This document shows positions 1 through 16,190 of a stretch of 64,000 nucleotides of DNA, piece after piece. Source of the stretch: the human T2T-CHM13v2.0 reference genome, Homo sapiens. Under the pieces are notes generated by a model that ran no database searches, had not been told where the DNA came from, and saw nothing but the letters and a program-made list of their open reading frames with translations. The DNA is taken from NCBI RefSeq assembly GCF_009914755.1, contig NC_060947.1, one strand, 5' to 3'. The stretch's first letter is position 1. Every line of letters starts with the position of its first letter. Made by a program: the position numbers and the translations under genes.

Positions 1-234
1 TTCTTTACTCATAAATTGAAGTAAAATTTTAGGTTTAGTACTACTACTTGTTCATATTTATGTTTTATTTTCTTACTAATACAGTAGAAATATATTAAAA
101 TGTTTAAATGAAAATGATTTACAAGCCAGTATAAACACCACAATGTTAATGGAATTATCTTTCCTATCTGGAAGCTTTAATGGCATTTTAACCACTTAAA
201 ATAATCTCTAATATTTGTTAAAATAAAGCCCTTC

Positions 235-500
235 AAATATACAGTTTGATAGAAGAAATAAGACCTAGTGTTTGATAGATCAGTAGGATGAGTATAGATT
301 ACAATAACCTACTGTATACATCAAATTAACTCGAAGAGAATAATTCAAATATTTCTAGAATAAAGAAAAGATAAATATTTAAGGGAATGTTTATCCCAAT
401 TATACTGATTTGATCTTTACAAATTATATGAATGTAGTCATCACATGTGCGTCCAAAATATGTGCATCTATTATGTATGAATTAAAAAATCAAAAAATTT
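235..500 (+). mobile_element. Old LINE-1 (L1MA-type) 3' end fragment
   Basis: 3'UTR-like text (agaagaaataagacctagtgtttgatag...tgatttgatctttacaaattatatgaatgta...) ending in an A-rich tail; subfamily approximate. Confidence 0.6.
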
Positions 501-697
501 TAAAAGAGAAAACACAAATAAAATAAAGCTCTTGTAGCATTACTGACAAGAAAGTTGAATTATTTTTCTTTTCTATGGGGTCCTACATTAATTTACACCA
601 GTACCATCCAGTATCCTTCACGTGGCATGGGTGAGGAATTAAACCAATGTCAGCCACTGTAAGACTGGCTTAGCCCAGAAGAAAGAGAAATATATAC

Positions 698-725
698 ATC
701 CATACATACATACATACATACATAC
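698..725. repeat. (CATA)n microsatellite
   Basis: Directly visible tandem repeat. Confidence 0.85.
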
Positions 726-1443
726 ACAGAAGACAACCAACAGAAGGTCAATGGCTGACACAGTTATGGTTTACCCAGCCCTATTTATTAATTATAATGT
801 TGATGTGGATTTTATTTGTTGACATAGAAATATATCTACTCCACAACATAGTATTGAGTGGAAAAAGTAGTTTATAGCAACATACATAACATGATGTCAT
901 TTCACTTTAGTTCCAGCAGTCATTCTTCAGTCTGTCTTAGTTTTCCAAATTTTTGTGAGCTCCCATTAGTTTGTTTTTCTATTAGCGTTTTAGTAGGAAC
1001 TGGGAGAGGTATCTTAAGTGATGCTTAGCCAGGTGCCGTTTTAAACTCAAAGTCTCCATAGCAATTATTAGAATCTTTCTTTTTCTGCAAGCCAGAGGAC
1101 AGAATAATTGTGGATATGTTAATAGAAAAGGAATATTATTACTTGTTTAAATTAAGCTGGGCGGGGAGGGCAAGGATGTGACAGCTGCAATTACATTGCC
1201 CTTTACCAAACCAGGAGGCATTTCCTATTATCACCTGCTTGTTACGCTCAAACAGCAGTTCTGTGCCTTAGGGTGGTAATCTCCTTTAGGAGAGAGAAAG
1301 GGCAAAGACAGTGCCCCTATCTCCATGGTCAGTCTTACCTAGGAGATTGGCCTCTTAAAAGTTTATCCCAAAATCAGGTTGATCTTTGTAGATCACTTAG
1401 CTAAACACCTAGGCACACATCATCTGACTCCAAGATACAGGAC

Positions 1444-3761
1444 TGATATGGTTTGGCTGTGCCCCCACCCAAATCTCATCTTGAATTGTAACTCCCACAA
1501 TTCCCACATGTCATGAAAGGGACCCACTGGGAGGTAATTGAAACATGGGGGCAGGTGTTTCTCATGCTGTTCTCGTGATAGTGAATACATCTCATGAGAT
1601 CTGATGGTTTTAAAAACGGGAGTTTCCCTGCACAAGCTCTCTCTCTTTGCCTGCTGCCATCCATGTAAGATGTGATTTGCTCATCCTTGCCTTCTACCAT
1701 GATTGTGAGGCCTCTGCAGCCATGTGGAACTGTAAGCCCATTAAACCTCTTTTGTTTGTAAATTGCCCAGTCTTGGGTACATCTGTATCAGCAGTGTGAA
1801 AACAGACTAATACAGTAAATTGGTACCAGTAGAATGGGGCATTGCTGAAAAGATACCCAAGAATGTGGAAGTGACTTTGGAACTGGGTAACAGGCAGAGG
1901 TTGGAACAGTTCGGAGGGCTCAGAAGAGGACAGGAGAATGTGGGAAAGCTTGGAACTCCCTAGAGACTTGTTGAGTGGCTTTGACTAAAATCCTGATAAT
2001 AATATGGATAATGAAATCCAGGCTGAGGTGGTCTCAGATCGAGATGAGGAACTTGTTGCGAACTGGAGCAAAGGTGACACTTTAGCAAAGAGAATGCCAG
2101 CATTTTGTCCCTGCCCTACAGATTTGTGGAACTTTGAACTTGAGGGAGATAATTTAATGTATCTGGCAGAAGAAATTTCTAAGCAGCAAAGCATTCAAGA
2201 TGTGACTTGGATGTTGTTAAAGGAATTCAGTTTTATAAGGGAAGCAGAGCATAAAAGTTTGGGAAACTTGCAGCCTGACAAAGCAATAAAAAGGAAAATC
2301 CCATTTTCTGAGGATAAATTCGAGCCCTTTGTCAGAGGCCTCCACGACAGCCACTCTCATGACAGGCCCAGAGCCCTAGGAAGAAAAAATGGTTTCATGA
2401 GCTGGGCCCAGGGTCCCCATGCTGTGTGCAGCCTAGGGATTTGGTGCCCTGCGTCCCAGCCACTCCAGCCATGACTAAAAGGGGCCAAGGTACAGCTCGC
2501 GCCATGACTTCAGAGGGTGTAAGCCTCAAGCCTTGGCAGCTTCCATGTGGTGTTAAGCCTGTGGGTGTACAGAAGTCAAGAATTGAGGTTTGGGAATCTC
2601 CACCTATATTTCAGAGGAAATATGTGTGGAAATGCCTGAATGTCCCGGCAGAAGTTTGCTGCTGGGGTGGTGCTCTCATGGAGAACCTCTGCTAGGGGAG
2701 TGCAGAAGGGAAATGTGGAGTCAGAGCCCCCACCCTACTGGGACGCTACCTAGATTAGCTGTGAGAAGAGGGATACTGTCCTCCAGACCCCAGAATGGTA
2801 GATGCACCTACAGCTTACACAGTCCACCTGGAAAAGCCACAGACACTCAGTGCTAGCCTGTGAAAGCAGCCAGGAGGGAGGCTGTACCCTGCAAAGCCAC
2901 ACGGGTGGAGCTGCCCAAGACAGTGGGAACCCAATGGGAACCCACCACTTGCATCAGCATGACCTGTATGTGAGATATGGAGTCAAAGGAGATCATTTTA
3001 GAGCTTAATTTAAGATTTGACTGCCCCACTGGATTTCGGACTTGCATGGGCCCTGTAGCCCATTTGTTTTCACCAATTTCTCCCATTTGGAGTGGCAGTA
3101 TTTACCCAATGCCTATATCCCTACTGTATCTAAGAAGTGGCCAATTTCTCCCATTTGGAATGGCTGTATTTAGCCAATGCCTATACCCCCATTGTAATTA
3201 AGAGGTAGCTAACTCACTCTTGATTTTACAGGCTTATAGGCAGAAAGGACTTGCTTTGTCTCACATGAGACATTGGACTTGGACTTTTGAGTTAATACTG
3301 GAATGAGTTAAGACTTTGGGGGACTGTTGTGAAGGCATGATTGGCTTAGAAATGTGAAGACATAAGATTTTGGAGGGCCTGGGGGTGGAATGATATGGTT
3401 TGGCTGTGTCCCCACCCAAACCTCATCTTGAATTGTAACTCCCACAATCCCCATGTATCATGCAAGGTACCCAGTGGGAGGTAACTGAATCATGAGAGTA
3501 AGTCTTTCTCATGCTGTTCTCTCAATAGTGAATAAGTCTCATGAGATCTGATGGTTTTAAAAGTGGGAGTTTCCCTGCACAAGCTCTCTCTCTTTGCCTG
3601 CTGCCATCCATGTAAGATGTGACTTGCTCCTTCTTGCCTTCCACCAGGATTGTGAGGCCTCCCCAGCCATGTGGAACTGTAATTCCATCAAACATCTTTC
3701 TTTTGTAAATTGCCCAGTCTTGGGTATGTCTTTATCAGCAGTGTGAAAATGGACTAATACA
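1444..3761 (+). mobile_element. Full-length THE1 (probably THE1C) MaLR LTR retrotransposon: 5'LTR 1444-1814, internal 1815-3390, 3'LTR 3391-3761
   Basis: Two 371-bp LTRs (tgatatggtttggctgtg...actaataca); THE1-int text between; 5-bp TSD aggac (1439-1443)/gggac (3762-3766). Confidence 0.95.
2004..2474 (+). pseudogene. Remnant of MaLR (THE1-int) internal ORF
   Basis: MDNEIQAEVVSDRDEELVANWSKG... lies in THE1-int; the homologous text in the MSTA internal region (~34240) is broken. Confidence 0.7.
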
Positions 3762-5085
3762 GGGACAACAATTAGACAAAAAAAGAAATACATGTTATTG
3801 TAGCCCTAGCTTAAAATGTTACAGCCAACCCATTCCCAGCCCTCCAACCTGACTAATTACAGCAGTCTAACATCTTGCACCTGAATATAATTAGGCCACA
3901 CTAAAATGAAATCAATCAGGGCAAGGAAAATGCTATCAAAAAACAGAAAAACAGGAAAAGATCATTCTAAAGAGATTGCTAATTTCAAATAAATGATGGA
4001 AGGGAGAGAAGATGTAAAAATTCCTTGGACTGGCAAATAATGTTGTCAGGGGAAAAGATTTCCTAAAATAATCTATAATATTAGCTCATCATATAGTTTA
4101 CTAATGAAACTTCAAAAACGCAGTAATTTTGTTTTTCCCTTAGTACTGAGGCCACATTAGTGTACTTTTCAAAGATATACGACACACAGCATTAATTCAC
4201 CAGTACAAAAGAGTCACATCACAAATATTAAAACGATCAGTTTTTACCATGTCCTCTACCCTGTATCCCTCAAGATGAATTTATTATGTCGTGTGCTGTT
4301 TGAGTGAGGAGAGGGGATACACTCTTTTGGCTTAACCAAAATAATTAATATAACTACTGTATTAAGTGTTATAGAAATTTTATAATAAGATTAAAGTATT
4401 ACACAAAACATGACTCAACTTTTTTAAACAACAACAATAACAAAAAAGGAATCAAATACAAAACTCAGGAAAACAGCCAAGACTTTGAAACACAATTACA
4501 GATATCATGACTATTTTATAGCAGAATGCCCCTCGGGACAGTAACCAAATTCTAAAGGATGCAATAATTTTTCCTGAAGGGAAGGGATGCTACAGAGAGC
4601 AATAATAGGGTACCAGGTGCCAACAGAGGAAAAGAAAAAAAAGAAATAGGCCTGGATCCAAGAATATCTAGATAAGATCCTTATCCAGGGCTTTTGTCAC
4701 AGTAGAAGCCTTGTGATCTGTTTAGTTTTTAAAAATAAATTTGATTTATATTTTCCAAAGATTCTCAGAACACATCTCTTCTAAGTGAAATTCAGAGAAA
4801 ATCTCACCTAACTTGTCGTTTAATGAAATAATTGGCAAAACCCCAGAGCCCCCAACCTACTGTGAATCACACACAAAAAAGTCAAAGTTGACTTGCCCTC
4901 ATTTGTGTAACGGAAGTTTGAGGAAAAAATTAATTTCAAAAGCTTCTCCTACTAATCTGCTAACAAGCTATTGAATTATCTGAGTTTATTTTAGCTCATC
5001 TGGATAAATATTAAAGGTAATCAAAATAACAAAAACGAATAATAAACTCTGATCCCATAAACCACATTTTAATACACTAGAGGAA

Positions 5086-5087
<2 letters not shown>

Positions 5088-5123
<36 letters not shown>
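5088..5123. repeat. (GT)n microsatellite
   Basis: Directly visible. Confidence 0.95.
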
Positions 5124-5127
<4 letters not shown>

Positions 5128-6364
5128 CACTTATATAAACAAAGAAAGTCTTCCAAGTAGACTCAAATGGTGATTTCTCAGCAAGGCAATGTGAGAGGCA
5201 GTAGACCAATATCCACTCATACATGCCCCTCAAAACTCCATGATACCAGGCCTGTACAATGAATACCAGATTTATTTGACTTCTACTTGTAAACTAAAAC
5301 TGCAAACTGGGATGCCAGAGTTGGAGGAATAATGAGCAAAGGCACTATTATCATACCTTCTTATAACTTTGACCCTAGTTATATTTGCAATTCACTACCC
5401 CCTTACATGCTCTTAGTGACTCAAAGCATATGAAGCAGCCTGTTCCTTTTAGCACTATCACCATTAAGCATAAAATGCAATAAACTTGTCCATGCAAAAT
5501 ACAGTTTTCCCACTAACAGTTTATACTTCATTAGCACATTCCCCCCATCAAGAAAGAAATTCATTCTGAGACTAATGTTATTTACTATTTAAATCTGTAA
5601 CTTGGGGGATAGAAAAAAATAAACACTTACTTGTACTTTCTGTCACCCAAATGTGTACATGTAAAAAATACTAATCTCTTTTGAACTATAGATTACCTCA
5701 AACATCTTGAGACTGATCAGAGACCTGAAAATAAAAGGCTCACAAGGGAAAAGTTCTCAGGGTGGCATACTAAAAGAGAAAAACTGAGTTGACCAAAATG
5801 ACCTTCTTCCCTTTCCCCTAATCATCCATTTCCCTCAGATTTTCCATTTCTGTTTGTTCGTCTACTTTCCCCATTTTCAATTTTATTGTAGATTTGTAAT
5901 GTTCGATACGCCATGTATTCAAGTTCTCTGTACAGTGCCTTAAGCTTTTAGGGAGGAAAACATTATATAAATCTAACAATAAATAAATAATAAATAAGAG
6001 AAATAACTGGCTATGTGTGAGTGGGTCTAAAAAAGATCTATGGGGTGTGGTGATGAATAGAGGCTGAAAATAAGTCCACAATGTAGTTTCATTGTTTGTA
6101 AAGCCAACCCAGTGCTGGGAGGCACAAATAAAAATGTAGTTGCAATGCAACAACCAAGTCCTAAAGGTACCTTGCAAATAAGTCTGTAGCTAAAAGGTGA
6201 CAGCTAATAGGGTGGTATCCACTGACTGAGCATCCTAACACCATTACTACATATTTTTGGTGACAAATAAATTGGGAAACTCCAATGTGAAGCTTAGGAA
6301 CAAACTAAGATTGAAATCACTGAGTTTGCAGTTAAGCAGAAAGGTGAGAAGCAAATTTAACATG

Positions 6365-6595
6365 CGTTGAACACCTGCTTTACTAGAACTTTTACATACA
6401 TTATTTCACATAATTTTTACAAGAATCTTATGAAGTATGTATTATCATCCCCATTGAATAAATGGGAAAATTGAGATTCTGGGAGGATAAATCACTTATT
6501 CAAGATTACATAACTAGTAAGCAAGTGAGCTGGGATTCGATCTACTGTGCATCTAATTGCAAAACCTATGAGTTTTTTACTCACCATGGCACCTT
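6365..6595 (-). mobile_element. MIR SINE
   Basis: Antisense MIR core (attatcatccccatt...gggaaaattgagattct...ttcaagattacataactagtaag...gctgggattcga). Confidence 0.75.
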
Positions 6596-6611
6596 AATAA
6601 AGTAATTTATT

Positions 6612-8040
6612 TGACTTCTAGGAACAGAACTTACTATTTCTGAAGAAACTCTTCTAAAGTAAAATCCCCTGAAAATCACAATTCTATAAAAGCATGAGAA
6701 CACCCGCAAAAGTTTTCAACTTTTTAAGAACAATGGAAATTATCAAACAGTTTGCAACAATTCTAGAAGTGTTTATTCAAGAAAAATGACTTAATGTTAG
6801 TAAGAACGGTGAGTTTTATGACATTTCAACTTGCTCTATTCCCATCTATCTCTCTCTAGTTCTCTACTAACCTGAAAACTAACAGCCTCACAACTGCTGT
6901 ATCTGTGCACACCAACAGCCCAGCAGACACTGGAGGTGTCAAAATGGGTTTGGAATTCCTTAAAAGCCTTATTCTAAAATAATTGTCACATTTTAATCTG
7001 TCAGGCAACCACCTAAACAGCTACATTCTTAAGACTTCTCTGTATTTGACCTGACTCAGAGCTCACTCTGTGCAAACAGCTCTATCCCTAGGGTGTTTGT
7101 CCAAAACAATCAGCAGCAATTGTTTAATATTGTAGCTGCCTGCAGTAGAAATTCCAGTTATGGGTAGTAACAAGATGACAAAAAAAAACTTAAAAGGGAA
7201 ACTGGAAAATAATATGTCATGGGGAGTTTTAAAAACCTCCAACGCATGCCTATGAATCTGGAAAGCCACATGCATATTTAGGGCTGTGTCCATTGCCAGA
7301 CATGAGAAGGCCCTAATTTATCCATCTGATTGATGTTGATTCTATCTGTAAGCAGGTAACATGCCCCCAAAAACATACAGAGCCTTTGCAAAGGTAGGGG
7401 GACATATTGTTTCAAGACACCTAAGGTAATCTCTAGCCAATCATTAGCTGACAACTAAGATAACTAAGTATAGATATCAGTGGTCACACGTGACAAAGAA
7501 TACTTGTTTTACAGATTTAATTCAGAAAAGTAAACTAACAAAGGGCAGTATCAACAAACAGAAACAACAAAAAAATTCAGGGGGTGAGGATTCAGTTAAT
7601 CCAGTTTCCAGAGTTACCACATTATATTTTCTAAATACTTAGTTTCCAACAAAAATCACAAAGAAACAGGAAAGTGTGATGCATACACAAGAATAGAAGC
7701 AGTCAATGGAACAATCCCTGAGAAAATCAAGACATGGGCTATACTTAATAATGACTTTAAATCATCTGCCTTTCATATACTGAAAGTTAAAGGAAACTAT
7801 GTGCAGAGAATTAAAGGAAACTAAGAAAACAATCTCTCACCAAATAAAGGATATTAATCAGAGATAAAAACTAAAAAGAAACACCAAATAGAAACTTTAG
7901 AAAAAAATATGCAATAATTAAAATAAAAAATACGCTACAGGATTCAACAGCAGATTTAAAGTCAATAGAACACTCTACCCAATAACAAAAGAACACACAT
8001 TCTTCTCAAGTGTATGTGTAACATTCTCTATGATAAACTA
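6612..8040 (+). mobile_element. Old L1 (L1M4/L1MB-type) 5' region with ORF1 and endonuclease scraps
   Basis: L1M 5'-end-like text; ends in atagaacactctacccaataacaaaagaacacacattcttctcaag (ORF2 EN 'RTLxP...TFFS'). Confidence 0.6.
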
Positions 8041-11822
<3,782 letters not shown>

Positions 11823-11825
11823 AAA

Positions 11826-12330
11826 ATCTTGTATGCAAATGTTCATAGCAGCCTTATTATAGCAGCCAAAATGTGGAAGCAAACCAAATGTCTATTAACT
11901 AATAAATGGATAAATAAAATATAGTATAGTCATACAATGGAATATTATTCAGTTATGAAAAGCAATTAAATACTTCTTTTTGTTACAACGTGATGAACCT
12001 TAAAAACATTAGGCTAAGTGAAAAATGCCAGACACAAAGGCCGCATACTTTGTGATTCCATTTATTTGAAATGTCCAGACAACAAATCTATAGAGATAGA
12101 AAGGAGATTGATGGTTGTCAGAGTTTGGCAGAAAGGGGGATTAGGGAGTAATTGCTAATGGGTAAGAGGTTTTTCAGGGGGCTAATGAAAATACTTTAAA
12201 ATTAGGTAGTGACGATGGTTGTACAACAACTCTGTGAATATGATTTTAAAAATCACTTAATTGTGCAATTTAAATGAGCGAATTTTATGGTATGTGAAGT
12301 ATATCTTAATACAGCTTTTATAAATTAAAA
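11826..12330 (+). mobile_element. L1MB-type 3' end
   Basis: atgttcatagcagcc...ctaagtgaaaaatgccagacacaaaggcc...aattttatggtatgtgaagtatatcttaata. Confidence 0.75.
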
Positions 12331-12880
12331 GAATTTACCCTTCCTGGTTTTAACCTTAATTATTTAGAGTCAAAAACATAAGTACCAAGTGTAGGAGTGA
12401 GGAGCCAGCACAAGGACAGTTGAGCTCATGCAGAGAACACAGAATATAAAATAGGTACTACAGTGCACTGGATGAAAGTCATCAGAAGCACATGTTCAAG
12501 ATGGAGTAAAGAGTCTGTACCCAAGTATGAATTCAGAATAACGCCATTTATTATATCTGAATAGCCACGCTGGAGTAAGGGTGTGATGCCAAGGTTTTCT
12601 TTGACCTTTTGTCAAGCTTTTTACTCAGAAGGTAAAAGAAGCAAAGAGAGGATTTGTTAGTCCAAATCCAATTCCACTAGAAAGGATCAGTGAAATGGAA
12701 ATGAATCTTGGGAAGGGGAAGTAAGTGATCCTATCATTTCAGGGTTTTGTGAAAGCCAAAGAAGTAATGGGTGGGTAGATTTCAATAACTGTGTATAATT
12801 CCATGATAGGAAATTCGAAGAGGGTCTTTGGCTCAAAGTTTGTGAGAAGTGAAATCAACAGTACAATCAAGAAATAACAA

Positions 12881-13046
12881 GGTCAAGGACGGTGTTTCAT
12901 GCCTGTAATCCCAACACTTTGGGAGGCTGAGTGGGGAGAATGGCTTCAGCCCAGGAGTTTGAGACCAGTCTGAGCAATATAGTAAGACTCCATATCTACA
13001 AAATGTGTGTGTGTGTATATATATATACACACACAAACATATATAT

Positions 13047-13136
<90 letters not shown>

Positions 13137-13304
13137 TTCTATCTATCTATCTGTCTGCTAGTCATAGTGGAGCGCAACTGCAGTACTAGCTACTTGGGAT
13201 GCTGAGGTGGGATGATACCTTGAGGCCAGGAGTTGGAGGCTGCAGTGAGCTATGTTTGTATCACTGTATTGCAGCCTGGTCAAAAGAGGAAGACTCTGTC
13301 AAAA
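12881..13304 (+). mobile_element. AluJ with linker expanded into a compound microsatellite
   Basis: Left arm 12881-13003 and right arm ~13156-13304 with J-type features (cccaggagtttgag; ggaggctgcagtgagctatg). Confidence 0.85.
13004..13155. repeat. Compound (TG)n/(TA)n/(GA)n/(TCTA)n microsatellite
   Basis: Directly visible. Confidence 0.95.
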
Positions 13305-13612
13305 GGGAGTGGAAGGGAAGAGGAGGGGAGGGGAGGGGAGGGGAGGGGAGGGGAAGGGAGGGGAAAGGAGGGGAAGGGAACAGGAACGGAAGGGAAGAGA
13401 AGGGAAGGAAGTAAAAAGGAAGGAAGGAGAAAGGAAAGGAAAGAGGGAAGGAAGAAAGGAAGGAAGGAATAAAGGAAGAGAGAGAGAAGAAAGAAAGAAA
13501 GTGAGAAAGAAAGAAAAGAAAGGAGAAAAGAAAGAGAAAAAAGAAAGAAGGAAGAAGGAGAGAGAGGGGAAGAAGAAAGAGAGGAAGGAAGGAAGGAGAC
13601 ACAAAAGGAAAG
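13301..13612. repeat. ~310-bp polypurine low-complexity tract ((GGGGA)n, (GGAA)n, (GAAA)n)
   Basis: Directly visible; replaces the Alu tail. Confidence 0.95.
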
Positions 13613-13788
13613 TATTAATTGCCTGAATAATATTGTGTAGCTTATTAGGTTTTAAATAACATAAAGAAGAGAAAGGAAGATGAAACAACTGAGAACAATT
13701 CCTTATGTGTGCATAGCATTTTATAAGACCAGTGCTCTAACCCTTGAACTATGGAGCCAAGTGCATAGTATTTTATAGTTGGTATTGT

Positions 13789-14200
13789 CATTCATTCATT
13801 CATTGATTTATTCATCTACTCAGCAAACATTGGTATGTATGAAGCACTAGACTGGAGTTACAAAAATGAATCAAATTTGTCTCAAGGAGTCAAAGCCCAG
13901 GCTGACGTTTAGAGTTTAGGGAGGGATGACAGGCATAGACATAAACAATTATAAAACAATGAATTAATGTTGTCAGTTATTAGTTTTTTTTAAAGCAGTC
14001 AAAATCTGTGTCAAGTAACAGGAGCACAGAGGAAAGCAAAAATATAACTGCTCCTTTAAGGAAGTTAGAGGATTAAATGCATGCAAATGTTTGGGGAAGT
14101 TTCAGAGAGATGGCACTTACTTGAATGATAATTAGGAATCAATGAGACTGACAAGAGGAAGCAGGTCAGCAAATCATTTCATGAAAAGAATACTGCATGT
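13789..14200 (-). mobile_element. L2 LINE 3' fragment
   Basis: Begins cattcattcattcatt (antisense (TGAA)n L2 tail) followed by L2-like text. Confidence 0.6.
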
Positions 14201-14204
14201 GTGC

Positions 14205-14350
14205 TAACACAACATTTACAAAGCTTTTACTTATCTATTATCTGATTTGATCGTCATAATATACCTGAAAAACAGGTAAGGAAATTTTTATGATCCACGT
14301 TTTACAGCCAAGGAAACTGAAGCTCAGATTAGGAGTGAAAGCAATTTCCT
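14205..14350 (-). mobile_element. MIR fragment
   Basis: ttttacagccaaggaaactgaagctcaga core. Confidence 0.65.
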
Positions 14351-14399
14351 TACAAATGGCACAATTAACGTCTCCATCCAGATTTTCTTTATACTTTTT

Positions 14400-14700
14400 C
14401 AATAGGAAAAAGGAAAAATGAAATGTTATCTGGACTCATAAGAGCAGTCAGAAAGGTAAAAGATGAGAGTGAATTTTGAATAAGAAAATGGATTTTTGGT
14501 TCCTTTTGTATTTTTCCCCATTTGGAACAAGATGAAGAATTGAAATAGACCCCTGCCTGGATTAGATTAGAAAGAACTTCCCCACTCCTGTTTCATCCAT
14601 CAAAGATAATGATTTCCCAGCAGAAACTGGTAGAATAAACCTCCTTAAGAGAAAATGTTTGAAGTCCTTAATAAGTAAAAACACCTGTAGCTCTAAAGGG

Positions 14701-14732
<32 letters not shown>

Positions 14733-15051
14733 CTCCTGGCCCAAGGAAGTTACACCTGAGGATCCTGAGTGACCATGTAACTTCCATATAATCACCAAAT
14801 ACTACTGTTAACTTCGAGAAATTATGAAAATCTCGATAGATACATTCTGGAAGTCTAGAATCAGGCAAGTATTCTAATTTTCAGTATGTACAAGAATACA
14901 TAAGTCAAATATAAAAAACAATCAGCTTGACGTTTATTCCTGGCAATATTCTAAAATGGAATATTAAATAGTTTGTGGGCACTTAGAAAAGGAAGTTGTG
15001 ATTTATTCAGAGCCAACATGGATTCACCAAGACCATGTCATGCCAAGTCTA
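14400..15051 (+). mobile_element. CR1/L3 LINE ORF2 (RT N-terminal part) relic
   Basis: Hand translation: KTPGPRKLHLRIL, TISLTFIPGNIL, SQHGFTKTMSCQ, matching CR1 RT KSPGPD.HPRVL / PVSLTS.PGK / SQHGF.K.KSC; 5' boundary approximate. Confidence 0.8.
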
Positions 15052-15059
15052 CATAAATC

Positions 15060-16085
15060 ACCCATAATTTGCCTCTAACTCCAACTGGTATATTTAGGAT
15101 CTTTTTAATTACCTATTATTTTTACATACTTGATATGTTATAAATTTGCAGTTTAATGTCTTTCTTTTTATTTAACATTATTTCTCTCAGTATTCATCCA
15201 ATAAATATGTATCTAATTTCTACTCTGTGCCAAACACTGTGTTGTGCTCTGAGCATAGAATGCTGAATTATAGGCCATTTCCCCACTTATTAAAATTTAT
15301 CCATATTCAAATTTAATATTTAAATATTTGAAATTTAATGTGAATGATAGCCTATTATGCATGTGTATCACTATTTAATTATCCTCCCAATTATGATTTT
15401 TTTAATTTTTTTGGCTATTATAAGCAATGTTATATTAAATATCCTGGCAACAAAGCTATTTTTGAGTTTTGAATTTTTCCTTGGGATGTATTTCTTAGAA
15501 ATGTGATTACAAAGTCAAGGGATATGAGCATTTTAATGCCCTTAATATATATTTCCAAATTGCTTCCTACAAAGGTATTACCAATTTCTAGTCCCATCAC
15601 TATAAGTGGATGTCCATTTCACTGAACACTTGCCAATACAGAGCATTTATTTCTCAGACAGATTGGTTAAAACAAATAATATGTTAATTTCAAAATTTGC
15701 AACTGTCTGAACAGCAGTGAGATTGTACTTCTTTTTTATATTTAACTATTACATTTAATCCCTCTTCTTTGATGTGTGTGATCATGTTTGTTGACAGTTT
15801 TTACTGGGCTTTAATGTTTTCTTAATGATTTGCATAAGCTCATATAATATATATGAAAATAACACTTTTCCAGTCATATTTTTTGTAAATGTTTCCCCAA
15901 TTTGTCTTTTTATGTTGCTTTTATATTTTTGGCATATGGAAGTTTTAAAAATCTATGGTCAAATCTATTGGTCTTCTCATTGATTTTTTTCCATTGCCTT
16001 TATACTTTAAAAGTCCTTTCCCATTCAAAGATTTAAAAAAAAACAAAAACTCTATTTATGTCTTTTTGTTATTTCATATTTTTAC
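15060..16085 (-). mobile_element. L1ME-type fragment (with small L2 piece ~15190-15290) inserted in CR1
   Basis: Antisense old-L1 text (ttttggctattataagcaatg...gtcaagggatatgagcatttt...ccaaattgct). Confidence 0.65.
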
Positions 16086-16190
16086 ACCTCATTTCCCTTT
16101 TAAATAGAGTAATTAGGCTGGAAGCTCATAGATGCACTTTAGACACAGTTTACCTGGATTTCCAGAAGACATTTGTGAAAATCTTCAATA
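16086..16190 (+). mobile_element. CR1/L3 RT continuation
   Basis: LISLLNRVIRLE...DTVYLDFQKTF resembles CR1 LISF.D.VT.LVD...D.VYLDFSKAFD; resumes where the 14400-15051 piece stops. Confidence 0.85.

Noticed and set aside
12833-13688. Cluster of overlapping ORFs with R/E/G/K or F/L/S/P repeats
   Set aside because: Translation of microsatellite and polypurine tracts.
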